Origin: Bigelowiella natans CCMP2755
Taxonomy: Eukaryota; Protista; Cercozoa
Assembly: GCA_000320545.1 (NCBI GenBank)
Contig: ADNK01001562.1
Location: 1 to 37,281, forward strand
Direction: 5' to 3'
DNA length: 37,281 nt
Below the pieces are notes generated by a model. The model was not told the origin of the DNA. It was given only the letters and a program-made list of their open reading frames with translations, and ran no database searches. The translations under genes and the position numbers were made by a program. This document shows positions 25,901 through 36,313 of the stretch, one piece after another; position 1 is the stretch's first letter; every line of letters begins with the position of its first letter.

Positions 25901-27411
25901 CACCACCATAGCTGCTGTGTAGCTTGCTCTCACCAATCGTCGCACCAATCGTTAATCATCAGTCGCAACCAACGTCTCCATGAACGGCTCTGACTGGGAG
26001 GAGAACTTCGCACTTATCAACGGAACTACACTATTGAATTACGTTAGTACCTTCGCATCATGTAGCCTCCTATTGCCTGCTTACCGCACCATTTGCTTGG
26101 AAATCGAACGCTGTTATCCTTACATCCCTCCTCCCTCCCCCTCTATTCCAACCTTGCAGCTGAGCGTTCGGCCGACACTGACGTGGGGGTAAGTTTGCAA
26201 AAAGAGCTGTGTGAAGCAAAATAATACGTTTAATATGAGTAGATATGAATCGGCGAGGCAATGTGGTGTTTGTTGTTATAGTGGCAGTAGAAGTAGTAGT
26301 AGTAGCATATGGAGCGAGGCTGAATAACCAATATCTCTCGTCTAAGAGTAGCTGATATCTGCCCGCATACCAACCACCACCACCCTTTTGCAGGTTCAAC
26401 GACTACATGAAAGAGGGCGTCTTTGATGTCTTTACCAATATCAGCTCGGCCTTTGCTGAGGCGAATACCCCCCCCCCCGGCAATACAACGCATAATAATG
26501 CATCCGCGCTGAGTGTATTGAATATGACCTCTTCATCTTCATCGGCTCTGGACGCCATCGATGCTACGAATAACCTGCCCAGCAACAATTCATGCACGAT
26601 GAACTGCTCGGCAGGGACACAGCCTGTGCACAAAGTGCCGATTCAGTTCCCACGTAAGGAAGGGGGGGGGGGGGGGGGGGAGATGCATGAAAATGGTGAA
26701 TATGATGAATGGTATGCGTGGATGGGAAGCTTACGTAGATTTACATACTATTCATCAACATTATGCATTGCAGGGATCGTGAAACCGTATTGCTCCTAGC
26801 AGCGTGTTTGCGCTGTATAATTCTTGTTGTTGCTGCAATTGCTGTCGCCGTTGATTTTTGACCTGCTGTTACACATGCCATGGTTATTGCAACCAAAATG
26901 CTACGAACCAATCTCACAACCCCAACGATAGAGGCTAATAACGAGGAAATCGCAACAGCAAATTGCGTGTTATTATTAATTTGCATCATTGCTTAGTCTA
27001 TCGCCTCCCCCTCTTCCGGTCTTACTGGTTCACTGCGTCGGCTATATACCCCAGAGCTTACATATTGTGTGTTGTCACACCCCCCTCCCCGTTCCCCCTC
27101 TCCCCCCCCCTCTCCCCCCTCCCCCCCATCTGCCTCCCTCCCTCTTTAATCAATAAATCCCATCGAAAATTTTTGAATTTGTCCACAAATCGATAGCCTT
27201 ATGAAGGGGGTAGGAGGCAGTCGTAGTCGCCTCATTTATATGCTGAGGGGAGGGGGGGGACGGTTAATGCTTCTCGCCTTCTTAAATCTCTGCACTGTCA
27301 CCCCTGAAATGGAATGATGGATGATAGGGTGCAAGACGGCGCGCAGTTTCGATTCGAATCATTCGATCCCGATATAATCTACCAGCAGCCATGGAGGTGA
27401 AGTAGGAGTAA

Positions 27412-27447
<36 letters not shown>

Positions 27448-28330
27448 CAGCAGTAAGTAGTAGTTAGAAGTGGTTAGCACCAGTGGATATAGTAGTAATT
27501 AGAGTAATGGTAGTAGTAGTAGTAGTAGTAGCAGCAGCAGCAGTGATATAGCCAACCAATTCAGCAGATAAGCTCGTCCTCCTCCCTCTTCCCCCCCCCC
27601 CCCCCCCTCTAATAAATGACCACTATGAAAGGCAGCATCGCTGATCAGCGTTCGGCTAGATTGCGCTTTTTATCCTCTCTCTTTTTATTCCCGCGTGCCC
27701 TCAATACACCCATGATGCTGTTCGCAACGACGTTGTGTGGAGATCTGATATGCCGGTGCTCGATGATAACTAACATCAGGCCGTGGATGGTTGCAAGCAT
27801 TGCCGTGTTGAGCGTGCTGGCCCTGGTCATCGTCTCGTGCCTCATGTTCTTCCTCTACCACTTCTTCAATCGAAAGAAGTAAGCGAAGAGTCTCGCAATG
27901 CCAGCATGCAAAGATGGGAACAGATATGCGCACGGCCATAGCCACGCAAAACGAGACAATTTCAAAGCTAATTATTGGTGGTTTTCGCATCCCTTAGGGT
28001 GCTGTCGTCATTGAAATTCAAAACAACGTTACTTACCTTATCCATATACTTCCTCCTTTTCCTGCCCCCTCCCCCCCCCCCCTCTCCCCCTCTTGCCCTT
28101 CAAGATTCGCGAAGCTGAACGACGCTGATGAGTTCGTTAATGGGTCTTTGAAGGATGAGATGAAATTGCTCATAGAAGCTGGCCTCATCGATCCAATGCA
28201 GCTACAGAACGGCGATAACCCTGCGACACGAAGAGGGGTAGGGGGGGATGGGAAAAGAGAAGGGAGTAGGAGGAGGAGTAGGAGGAGAGGGTCTTCCGAG
28301 AAAAGGAATGAGGGAAGGGGATCCTTTTGA
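22949..28330 (+). CDS. DUF3179-domain type I membrane protein (signal peptide, DUF3179 ectodomain, one TM helix, basic tail); about 18 exons
   Basis: Exons 22949-23017 (MQWFIVIFPLLPTLAG, signal-like), 23135-23248 (GGPGKDGIPSINSPEF), 23383-23448 (ARAYPTYILRWHEIVND), 23628-23677 (VAITYSVLAGS), 23768-23828 (FGTSGQLYE), 24047-24166 (NNLVMYDR...TKWGTW) and 24332-24412 (KELHPTTELLSTRTGYDRDYSTDPY). Later exons give LPLFRSYWFTASAIYP (about 27005-27055), a TM helix at about 27785-27860 and a stop at 28330. The motif series matches DUF3179 in order. Confidence 0.88.
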
Positions 28331-28404
28331 TATTATAGACATTGTGTGTGATATTAACAATTTCATAACCATGCACTCTACACATCGGAGTGCGACATAT
28401 ATTA

Positions 28405-28411
<7 letters not shown>

Positions 28412-28437
<26 letters not shown>

Positions 28438-28454
28438 TAGATAAGGTGGTGAGT

Positions 28455-28491
<37 letters not shown>

Positions 28492-28504
28492 TAAGGTGGT
28501 GAGT

Positions 28505-28543
<39 letters not shown>

Positions 28544-28559
28544 TAAGGTGGTGAGTTGT
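28412..28559. repeat. Three tandem copies of (TA)n + TTAGATAAGGTGGTGAGTTGT
   Basis: Identical 21-mer at 28437-28457, 28487-28507 and 28539-28559, separated only by (TA)n; periods 50 and 52. Confidence 0.92.
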
Positions 28560-28849
28560 TGCGTCTTTATCGTCGTCTTCGCGTTTGGTTTTGAGAGCAT
28601 TGCTTACATCTCTCTCGTTTGAGGTGTTGCTCTCAGAGACAGAACCTACTACTTAGTCACTGTAACCTAAACTCGATATGATTATTTTATGGAATCATTA
28701 TCGGCAAAGTCTATGTACGCCTTCTAACTATCATGTACAGTTTGTTATTAAAATTTCCCGGTCATTATAAATTGCGCGTATATTTTCTAAATGCGTAAAG
28801 AAAAAGCGCTTGGTTCCATCTGTTGGTGTATCAAACCATACATTTCCTA

Positions 28850-29600
28850 AGCTAGCTAAGCTAGCAACTTCTGAAATATGTTTCCCATCTATGCTAGCTA
28901 CAGCTGTATGCAAAGGATCTCGAGCGCCAGCTAGCCAGCAAAATAACTACAGCAAGCTACGCTACCTCTAGCTAGCTAGACCTAGCTAGATAGCAAATTG
29001 TGCAACACAGCTAGCTAGCTAGCAGGACAGATGCTTCGCAAGGCTAGAAGGTCAACATGCTAGTATGGCTAGGTGGTGATGAGCGCTAGCTAGCTAGCAC
29101 AAACACACACTTGATCATTTCATCGCATCCGTTACATTAGTTTAGCTAGCTAGTTACTAGAGTTAGTCTAGCTAGCTAGCCATGTTCATGGACATTCAGC
29201 ATGCAGCATGTGATGATCAAATGCACCGAAATCATCACACATGCTAGCATGACACGTGCGTCTGGATGTGCAGACATCTAGACCTATACAGATGACTATA
29301 GACACACGTATGTTTGATATGTGTAATGAATACCGCTGTATTGCACAGCTACGTGAGCATGACCATTGAGCAAATTTAATTTGATTGATTACATTCGTCT
29401 TATGTGTAAAAATACAATGCATTGTGATGTCTAGATGCACTTACACCAACTAAATGACCAGATGATCATACACGTCTAAACATCTTAAAGTGCATTAGTG
29501 CTTTGTCTAGACATGGCTAGAAGGTCACACACGGTTTCTAAAGAGTGTGTAGAGGTACCAACATCTGTAGCCAGATGGACTTCATTCATGTACTCTGTCA
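28850..29600. other. CTAG/AGCT-rich intergenic island 3
   Basis: Many GCTAGCTAGC micro-duplications and CATG/TGCA words. TpA loss is less complete than in islands 2 and 4 (judged by eye, not counted). Confidence 0.7.
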
Positions 29601-29666
29601 ACAACAAACTTCATTGTAGTTGATACCATCTAAGATTAGTGCCTATTTTTCAAAATCATTTGTCAT

Positions 29667-31981
29667 TCATCCCCCTTGCTCCGCTATTCTTGTTGAATGA
29701 TTCAGATATCGCTTTAATTTTTTCACTGAGATTTCGTAAGTATCTCTTTTGATCATTTTCCATTGTCGCTTGCCCTCCTTTCTAACTTCTTTACAAATCC
29801 AAGCTTTGTTTTCTTCAATAGAGATCAGATGTGATTCTAGGCACTGTTTCTGCCATAATAAGGAAAGTTTTACACAGCCATGTTCGTCATTTTCACTCTC
29901 TAGTAGGAGCTTTCGAAATTCCTTCTTCAACCTAGGGAGATAAATCTTCTTAGCTGTCTCCGGCTCTGTGCTTATTAACATCTCATGACGTTCAAAAGTT
30001 TCAGGTAGTAGGCGCTTGAAAGCTAAGACTAACATTGCAGAATGTTGTTGCAATCTCTTCTTGTCTTCATCTGGAAAATAATGCACTAATAATTTTGCAC
30101 TCAAAGTACCAATACCATAGCCAATGCAACCAAACACTAAGCAGAATATCGGCAACAGAGGACCAGATCCAATACCAATGACAGCTCCCACTGCACCTCC
30201 GATAAAAAAAGAACTGATACTAAGTCCCAAGGCAGTTCCATTCCGCAGGAAAGTCGCTGCAATTTTTACACGATACATGTGAATCTTCTGCTTTGGTGTC
30301 AGATCACTTCTTTTGTGTATTTTCCAAATGGTCCATGCAAATTCAATAATGAACATTGCTGCACCTCCGATCGACGCTAATCCGCCAGCCAAACCTACTT
30401 TCAGAATCTCCGTAACAGCAAACACTGAAATCCCGGCTTCAGCAGCACGCTGGATTACTGAGGAGATTGCTACAACCTTTTTTGCAGTGTCCTCATCGTT
30501 CTGAAATTTTGCTAATCTCTTCTTGCGAAGACCGTGTTTAAAATCAATCGCCAAGAACATAAGGACTCGTTTTCGAAGATACTTCTGTTCAGATAGCTTA
30601 AGGCCAAACACTTTGCTAACCCGATTCAAATGATATTCATTGTCAAGATTCGTGTTTCCGCAAGATATTTCATGAAGTTCGTGAATGAAATTCTTGTGAT
30701 TCGGATGCTCTTGGTTTGAGATATCTTTCCGTATTTCATCCAGCACAAACCCGTACTGAACATATTCTATTGCTTTTTCCAGTATCATGCGAATATCCTT
30801 CGCTCGTTTCATGACTTCCATTTCTTTCTCTCGAATTAATCTTTTTATGCTGGTTTCCATTACAGAATAATCAAAATATTTTTTGTTCCTACTGCAATTT
30901 TCGAGATTTTCATTACAATTTTCCACGGGGCAATTATTAGTAGAACCTAATCTTTTGATATCTGAGAGGCACCCTCGACACACATAGTGATCATTGCATG
31001 CTTTGCAGGGATGATCTTCTGGAGATTTATTCGAAATTGAATAGATCTTCTTGCAGCAATCACACTTTGCATTTTCGCTTTCATTTCTAAATGTTTTGAG
31101 GTTTTGCATCTCTATTTCATCCCTCTCATTTGTAATTCCGATTTTCTGCGCCAATTCTAGCAAGTTCAAATGATCGTTCGGAAGGGAAACATCTTTCTTA
31201 CAGTAAGGCGCCAAGTGTTGAATCTCTGATTGAAATAATACCTCGAATACACGCTCCATATTTACGATATCCTTGAAAAATTCTTCTTTCTGAATCTTTT
31301 GGTAATTGCTAACTTCATTTTGGTGCTTCTCCTCATTAGTATTCTGTTGGCTCTGGGGCTTACCCAAAATATTGACGAGAGACCTTGCGAACTTATTCCC
31401 CTGAATCTATAAACAGCTTTGTTAATTATTCACTACGGTGAATTTCAGTATGTGAAGAAAACCTTTTCATTCCTCCATAGGTGGAAGAGATATTTCTAAG
31501 TTTATTTATTTATTGAGCCTTTAAAAAACAATAGTCGAATGAGAAACCTCTATTGCTTGGCCCCTTTTTTCGATGAATTTTTCCTTCTTAATGAACTTGC
31601 ACAAATATTTTCGCATGTGCTCAGGAGCAGGGAAGTGTTTTTTTATATACATCCTTCGGAATTCCGTTGTTCTTTAAAGTACACTTCAAAACTAATAAAG
31701 GAACTGACTCAGAGAAGACACGTATAAATGAGCAAAGAATTACCTTTTAGGTCGGTGTATCGAATTTTTTTCTTTTGATCACCGATCTCAAATATGTGCA
31801 TGATAACTTTCTTGCCATCAGTCTCGACCTCTTCCCATCCTATCCTTCTTATACGAATCGGTGTCCCTTTACACATTTCATCAGTTGGAATAGAACCACA
31901 CCGTCGGTCATGCTCAACCCAACAACATCGAATTGGATCCCCTAGCCTGGACGGTTCATCCGTGTAGGCAGCCATCGACAT
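29667..31981 (-). CDS. Hypothetical multidomain protein: SUI1/eIF1-like N-terminus, RING-type zinc finger, Gly-rich hydrophobic helices, degenerate J-like C-terminus; 5' end uncertain
   Basis: Exons 31981-31744, 31691-31651, 31595-31548 and 31406-29667 join in frame through GT-AG introns of 52, 55 and 141 nt. Zinc finger CDCC-x15-CKACNDHYVCRGC-x12-CPVENC. Hydrophobic stretches VGLAGGLASIGGAAMFIIEFAW and IGGAVGAVIGIGSGPLLPIFCLVFGCIGYGIG. The long last exon is secure; the domain labels are less so. Confidence 0.75.
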
Positions 31982-32399
31982 GGACAATGAATTTTGACAC
32001 TAAAAGGAGAAAGACAAAAGTGTGTCATCAGCCTGTCTGTCAATCCGCCAGAGTCCGGACTCTCCGCAGCTTTGTGCGTCATGGGGAGTGGACTCCGGAG
32101 TTTCAGACTTAGTTCGTCTTTTCTAAGTCTGCGTTCAAACTTTCCACCGTTCTTTTGGACAAGTGCGACAAGATATGCTGCATGTCGGATACATGAATCC
32201 CCTGGTAGAAGTCCCGCTTTAATTGGCTCCATTTTGCTTTCTTCAACAGTCGATGTGCCGCAAGTGGTTTGTGCAAAACTAAGCATGATTTGCCATAAAT
32301 GATCTTATTCTTGAAGTCGCACATGGCATTTTCAAGGGAATGACTAATCCGCGACAAAGCGAAGGACAGACAGTACAATCCAAAAAACGTGTGATTGAC

Positions 32400-33100
32400 A
32401 AAAAACGGGACTGGCCTTGTGAGCGTGCCAGTGTGCTGGGCTAGCAGGGTGCGCACGCAAGCACATGTAACCGTTTTGAATGATTTCGAACTAAAGTTGT
32501 CGCTGCAAGGCGGAGCCCTTGCTAGCTTGCCTGCAAAGCCACGCTAGCATGCGATGCATGCAGCGCAAATGACACAACAAGTCGCCGTTGTTGTGTCGAA
32601 CAACATGACCGTCGTTGCAACGCGCGTCATCCATGTTTCAGGTCATTGCGTGGGGCGTGCCAGCGTGCACCTTTCCAAATGCACCTCACAATCCAGATGC
32701 TGAAGACAACTCGTGCGCAGAATTGCATCCTTTCAGATGTAGGGATGCCCCAAGCTAGCAAGCTGGCAAGCTAGCAAGGCGGGAGTCATCAACGTTTGCA
32801 TGTGCAACGTGAGATGTCTGTTTGTGTGTTCTGGGCTTCAAGGAATCTGAGTTTCAGTCGTACGTGGAAATTTCAGCAAACACGTTGACAAGAGACATTG
32901 GATGCCACAACACAATGATGATGCAACTCCACATCTAGTAGCGTCGATTTTGAGATTTGGTGATGGGGTTCTTTGGGCTTCGCCAAGTAGCCTTTCCGCT
33001 TCGCAGCTTTCGCTCAAAATTTTTCTGATGGTCATTGTGCCGAAAGACAAACAAAAATGAGTCATACTGAATTAATCACCGATGTGAAGATGATGTGCAA
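32400..33100. other. TpA-depleted, CTAG-sparing intergenic island 4 with possible TIR-element ends
   Basis: Hand count for 32401-33060: 12 TA in 660 nt, of which 6 are CTAG. CAAGCTRG x3 at 32751-32774. Confidence 0.75.
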
Positions 33101-33352
33101 GAGTTTTACATATGATTATCTATGGGAAAATTGTCTCTATTTTTTCTAGAATTCAACTAAAATTTGTTTGATTTTTGTGCAAATGGTGTGTTTAGTGACC
33201 AGACGCTTCTTTTGCACTTTATGCACAACGCCCTTCCGTTTTTTCCTTTCTTTTATCATCTGATGGATGTAGCTTAGCTTAATGATTTCTCTAAACAATA
33301 ACACCGCACTAACGTATTCAAAATCAACGATCTCAGAAGAGAAATGGGCAGT

Positions 33353-34901
33353 TTATTTTACTTTCGCCTTCCAATGTCGTCCCAGAATGAATGGCCTAGG
33401 AAATGAAGGAACATTAGGTTGGAAAAGCTGCAAAAAAATAGCTTAAGAGCGTTTACGATCGATCTTCGAGTCCCTTTTTCTTTTCTGCCTCTCGCCGTAT
33501 CTGAGCAACAAAGGAGTTTCTCGTAAATAGCAGAACTCATAATATATTCTGCATTTCGTTTCTAAGTCCTTTCAAAAGATAGAAATACGACTTTTGCGTC
33601 CCCTTCGGTCGCTTTCTTTGGATTAGATTTCCGCACACGCATTCTTCGTCTTTTTTGGGAAAAGTAGACATAATGAGAATATTCCGCCAATCATTAAAAT
33701 GACAGCAACGCAGATTATTAGCAGATACTATTTGAAAGAAAGCGAAGCTTAGGTTTGGGTACAAATTCGTACCCTTCTATCTCCGCCACTTCATTGAGCC
33801 GCATCGCCCGCCTTTTATGGAAAATGAAAAGTAAGAGGGAAAATTTTTGCATCTGAATAAATCGTATGATGGAACATTGTGCATAGAGGAGTTTGCAGTG
33901 AGGAAACAAAGAAACTGTTGGCTTTCATGTTGAGAACCATTTAACACAATGAATCCCAACATTGCTATCGTCATCATTATCTGTATTGTCATCATCGTAT
34001 CGATATATTTCAGCATGTTTTTAACCCGAAGTCTGCGTTCGCCGCCATTGTAACATATCCGAAGCCTTTTGATACGCGAGTCATAGGATCCCTAAAGCGA
34101 TTCCATAAAAATAAAATTAACATATGGACATGTATTAATCTCATTGCCCCCTCCCCTCTCTCTCTCTCTCCCTCTCTCGAAGTTCACGTGTCTATATCAT
34201 GCTTTTGTTCACCTGACAATTCGCACATTCACGATCCTTCCATATGGTTTAAATATCTGTATGAGCTGTTGCTCGCTTGCACTGTGCAAAAAGAGAAAAA
34301 AAAAGAACACGCACACACACAAGTAAGTAACGATCTAATAAACCACAATATCAATGTTTTGGGTTTAGACTTTAAACACGAACAAATCCGCATCCCGACG
34401 CCTCATCACACAAGCGTTACATAAAATGCACGCAGGAAGAATTAGATGTGTATAATTGATTGATACTTTGGATGAAGATTTCCAATAAACAGAGAGTGTT
34501 TATGGTCGTGCCGCTGAGTAGCCAAAGAACAATATTTGTGAGAATTCATGCACCGCATGTTCATAATGAGATGGGCGCTGAAGGAATGCTCATGCCAACA
34601 CATACGTACACATACTAGAGATAGGGAGAGAGGAAAAATAAGAGAAAGATAGAGAGAGAGAAATATAGAGAGAGAAAGAGAGAGAGAGGGAGAGAGAGAG
34701 AGAGAGAGAGAGAGAAAGCACGCTAGTATTATTATCGCCTAAATTAATATGTTAATTATCTTTAAACAGCCTGCAGCATTTCCGTCATTCAAGTGCAGAC
34801 CTTTTGCGTGTGATTGGCATAATCCAAACGTAAAAAGTGTCCGTCGAACTTAAGATCCATGTTCTTCTGTACAGCATGGCCAACCTACATAGAGGACAAG
34901 C

Positions 34902-34943
<42 letters not shown>

Positions 34944-34996
34944 CCACGCACCAATAAATTATCCTAGGTGTGCATGTGTCTGTATATGTGTCTGTC

Positions 34997-35033
<37 letters not shown>

Positions 35034-35602
35034 TATGCAGAATCCAACCGAGGATGAATTCCTGAAGACGACGTAAGCGTTCGCCGTGTCGCGCCCAGCT
35101 TTTAACTAATGGAATAGCATGCTCCAAGTTAGGATGGAATCGAACAACAAATGGTAGTGCATTTGCACGATTTTCTAAGAGTATCCTTACTATTTCCACA
35201 ACCTTTTTGCCTAGATACGCGACACGCTTCGACAGCTTCACCGACTGTGGGGTCATAGATCTATATGCCAAAACAGATGAGCATCAAACCGATTTTATTC
35301 TCCTTGTATTTTCTGGAGGGACAAGAAGAGAGGTGTACGCGACTCATCGTCCAAGCGACAATGCAAACGCACGCCAACTAAATTGAAAATGCAATTATCG
35401 CACTGATACATTACAACTACTACCTCATGCGTGCGGATTCGACGGGGCCGAAACGTGCGCTGAAAAACTTGCGAATATGCTGAATCTTCGTATCTACGGG
35501 AACGTTGCCAACAAAAAGCGTTCTTGACGCCTTTTCCCTGAAAAGAAGTATTGTAAGATTGGACACTTCTCTTCACCGAACTCCTTCTATATTTCGGTGT
35601 CA

Positions 35603-35635
<33 letters not shown>

Positions 35636-35760
35636 AATCGTCTTGCTTGAACGATTTTGTGATGTTTCTCTCCATCAACGCACGGCGCCGTCTGTTCTTG
35701 TCTTGTCGCTTTCTCTGCAGTAATTTTTGATAGAAAGGAAAAACAAGGGCAGGCAAAAGC

Positions 35761-35805
<45 letters not shown>

Positions 35806-36270
35806 TACATACGTATGTATCTTATAAATATTTATATATGTGTGGGTAAGAACAAGACTGTCCTCATTGCGTGTTCCAATCCCTCCTTTTTTCTCAAAAT
35901 GAAGCATCACGCACTGATGCTGCTATTTCACAAGCGCATCATTATCACCACCACCATCATCATCACATCATTATCATCCTGAAATATAGACCGTCGTGTC
36001 TCAAAATAACAAAGAACCGTGGTGGAATGCAACTTATCACAAAGAGAGGTATACTATCACATGGATTTATCGCTATACTCGCCAAGGCATTATTGAAAGG
36101 GCAGGGAAGATCTGCTTGACCTCAATTTCCTCAGAGTCAGGAGAGTCGCTTGCACTATCATCTTCGTCGTCGTCATCATCGTCACCTATGTTTTCATCAG
36201 ACTGAATTCTCCTCTTTTGTAGTGTGAGCCTCCGATTTTCTCACTCCCCCCCCCTCTCTCTCTTTCTTTC

Positions 36271-36313
<43 letters not shown>

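Noticed and set aside
28412-28559. CRISPR-like repeat-spacer pattern
   Set aside because: The spacers are just (TA)n, the context is eukaryotic and there are no cas genes.
29038-32419. Single large TIR element carrying the RING gene (CAAGGCTAG ... CTGGCCTTG)
   Set aside because: Only 8 of 9 nt match with no extension; expected by chance.
32896-32990. HNDDATPH...VLWASP resembling a mariner/Tc1 catalytic segment
   Set aside because: Spacing and the SPDLxP motif do not fit; too weak to call a transposase.
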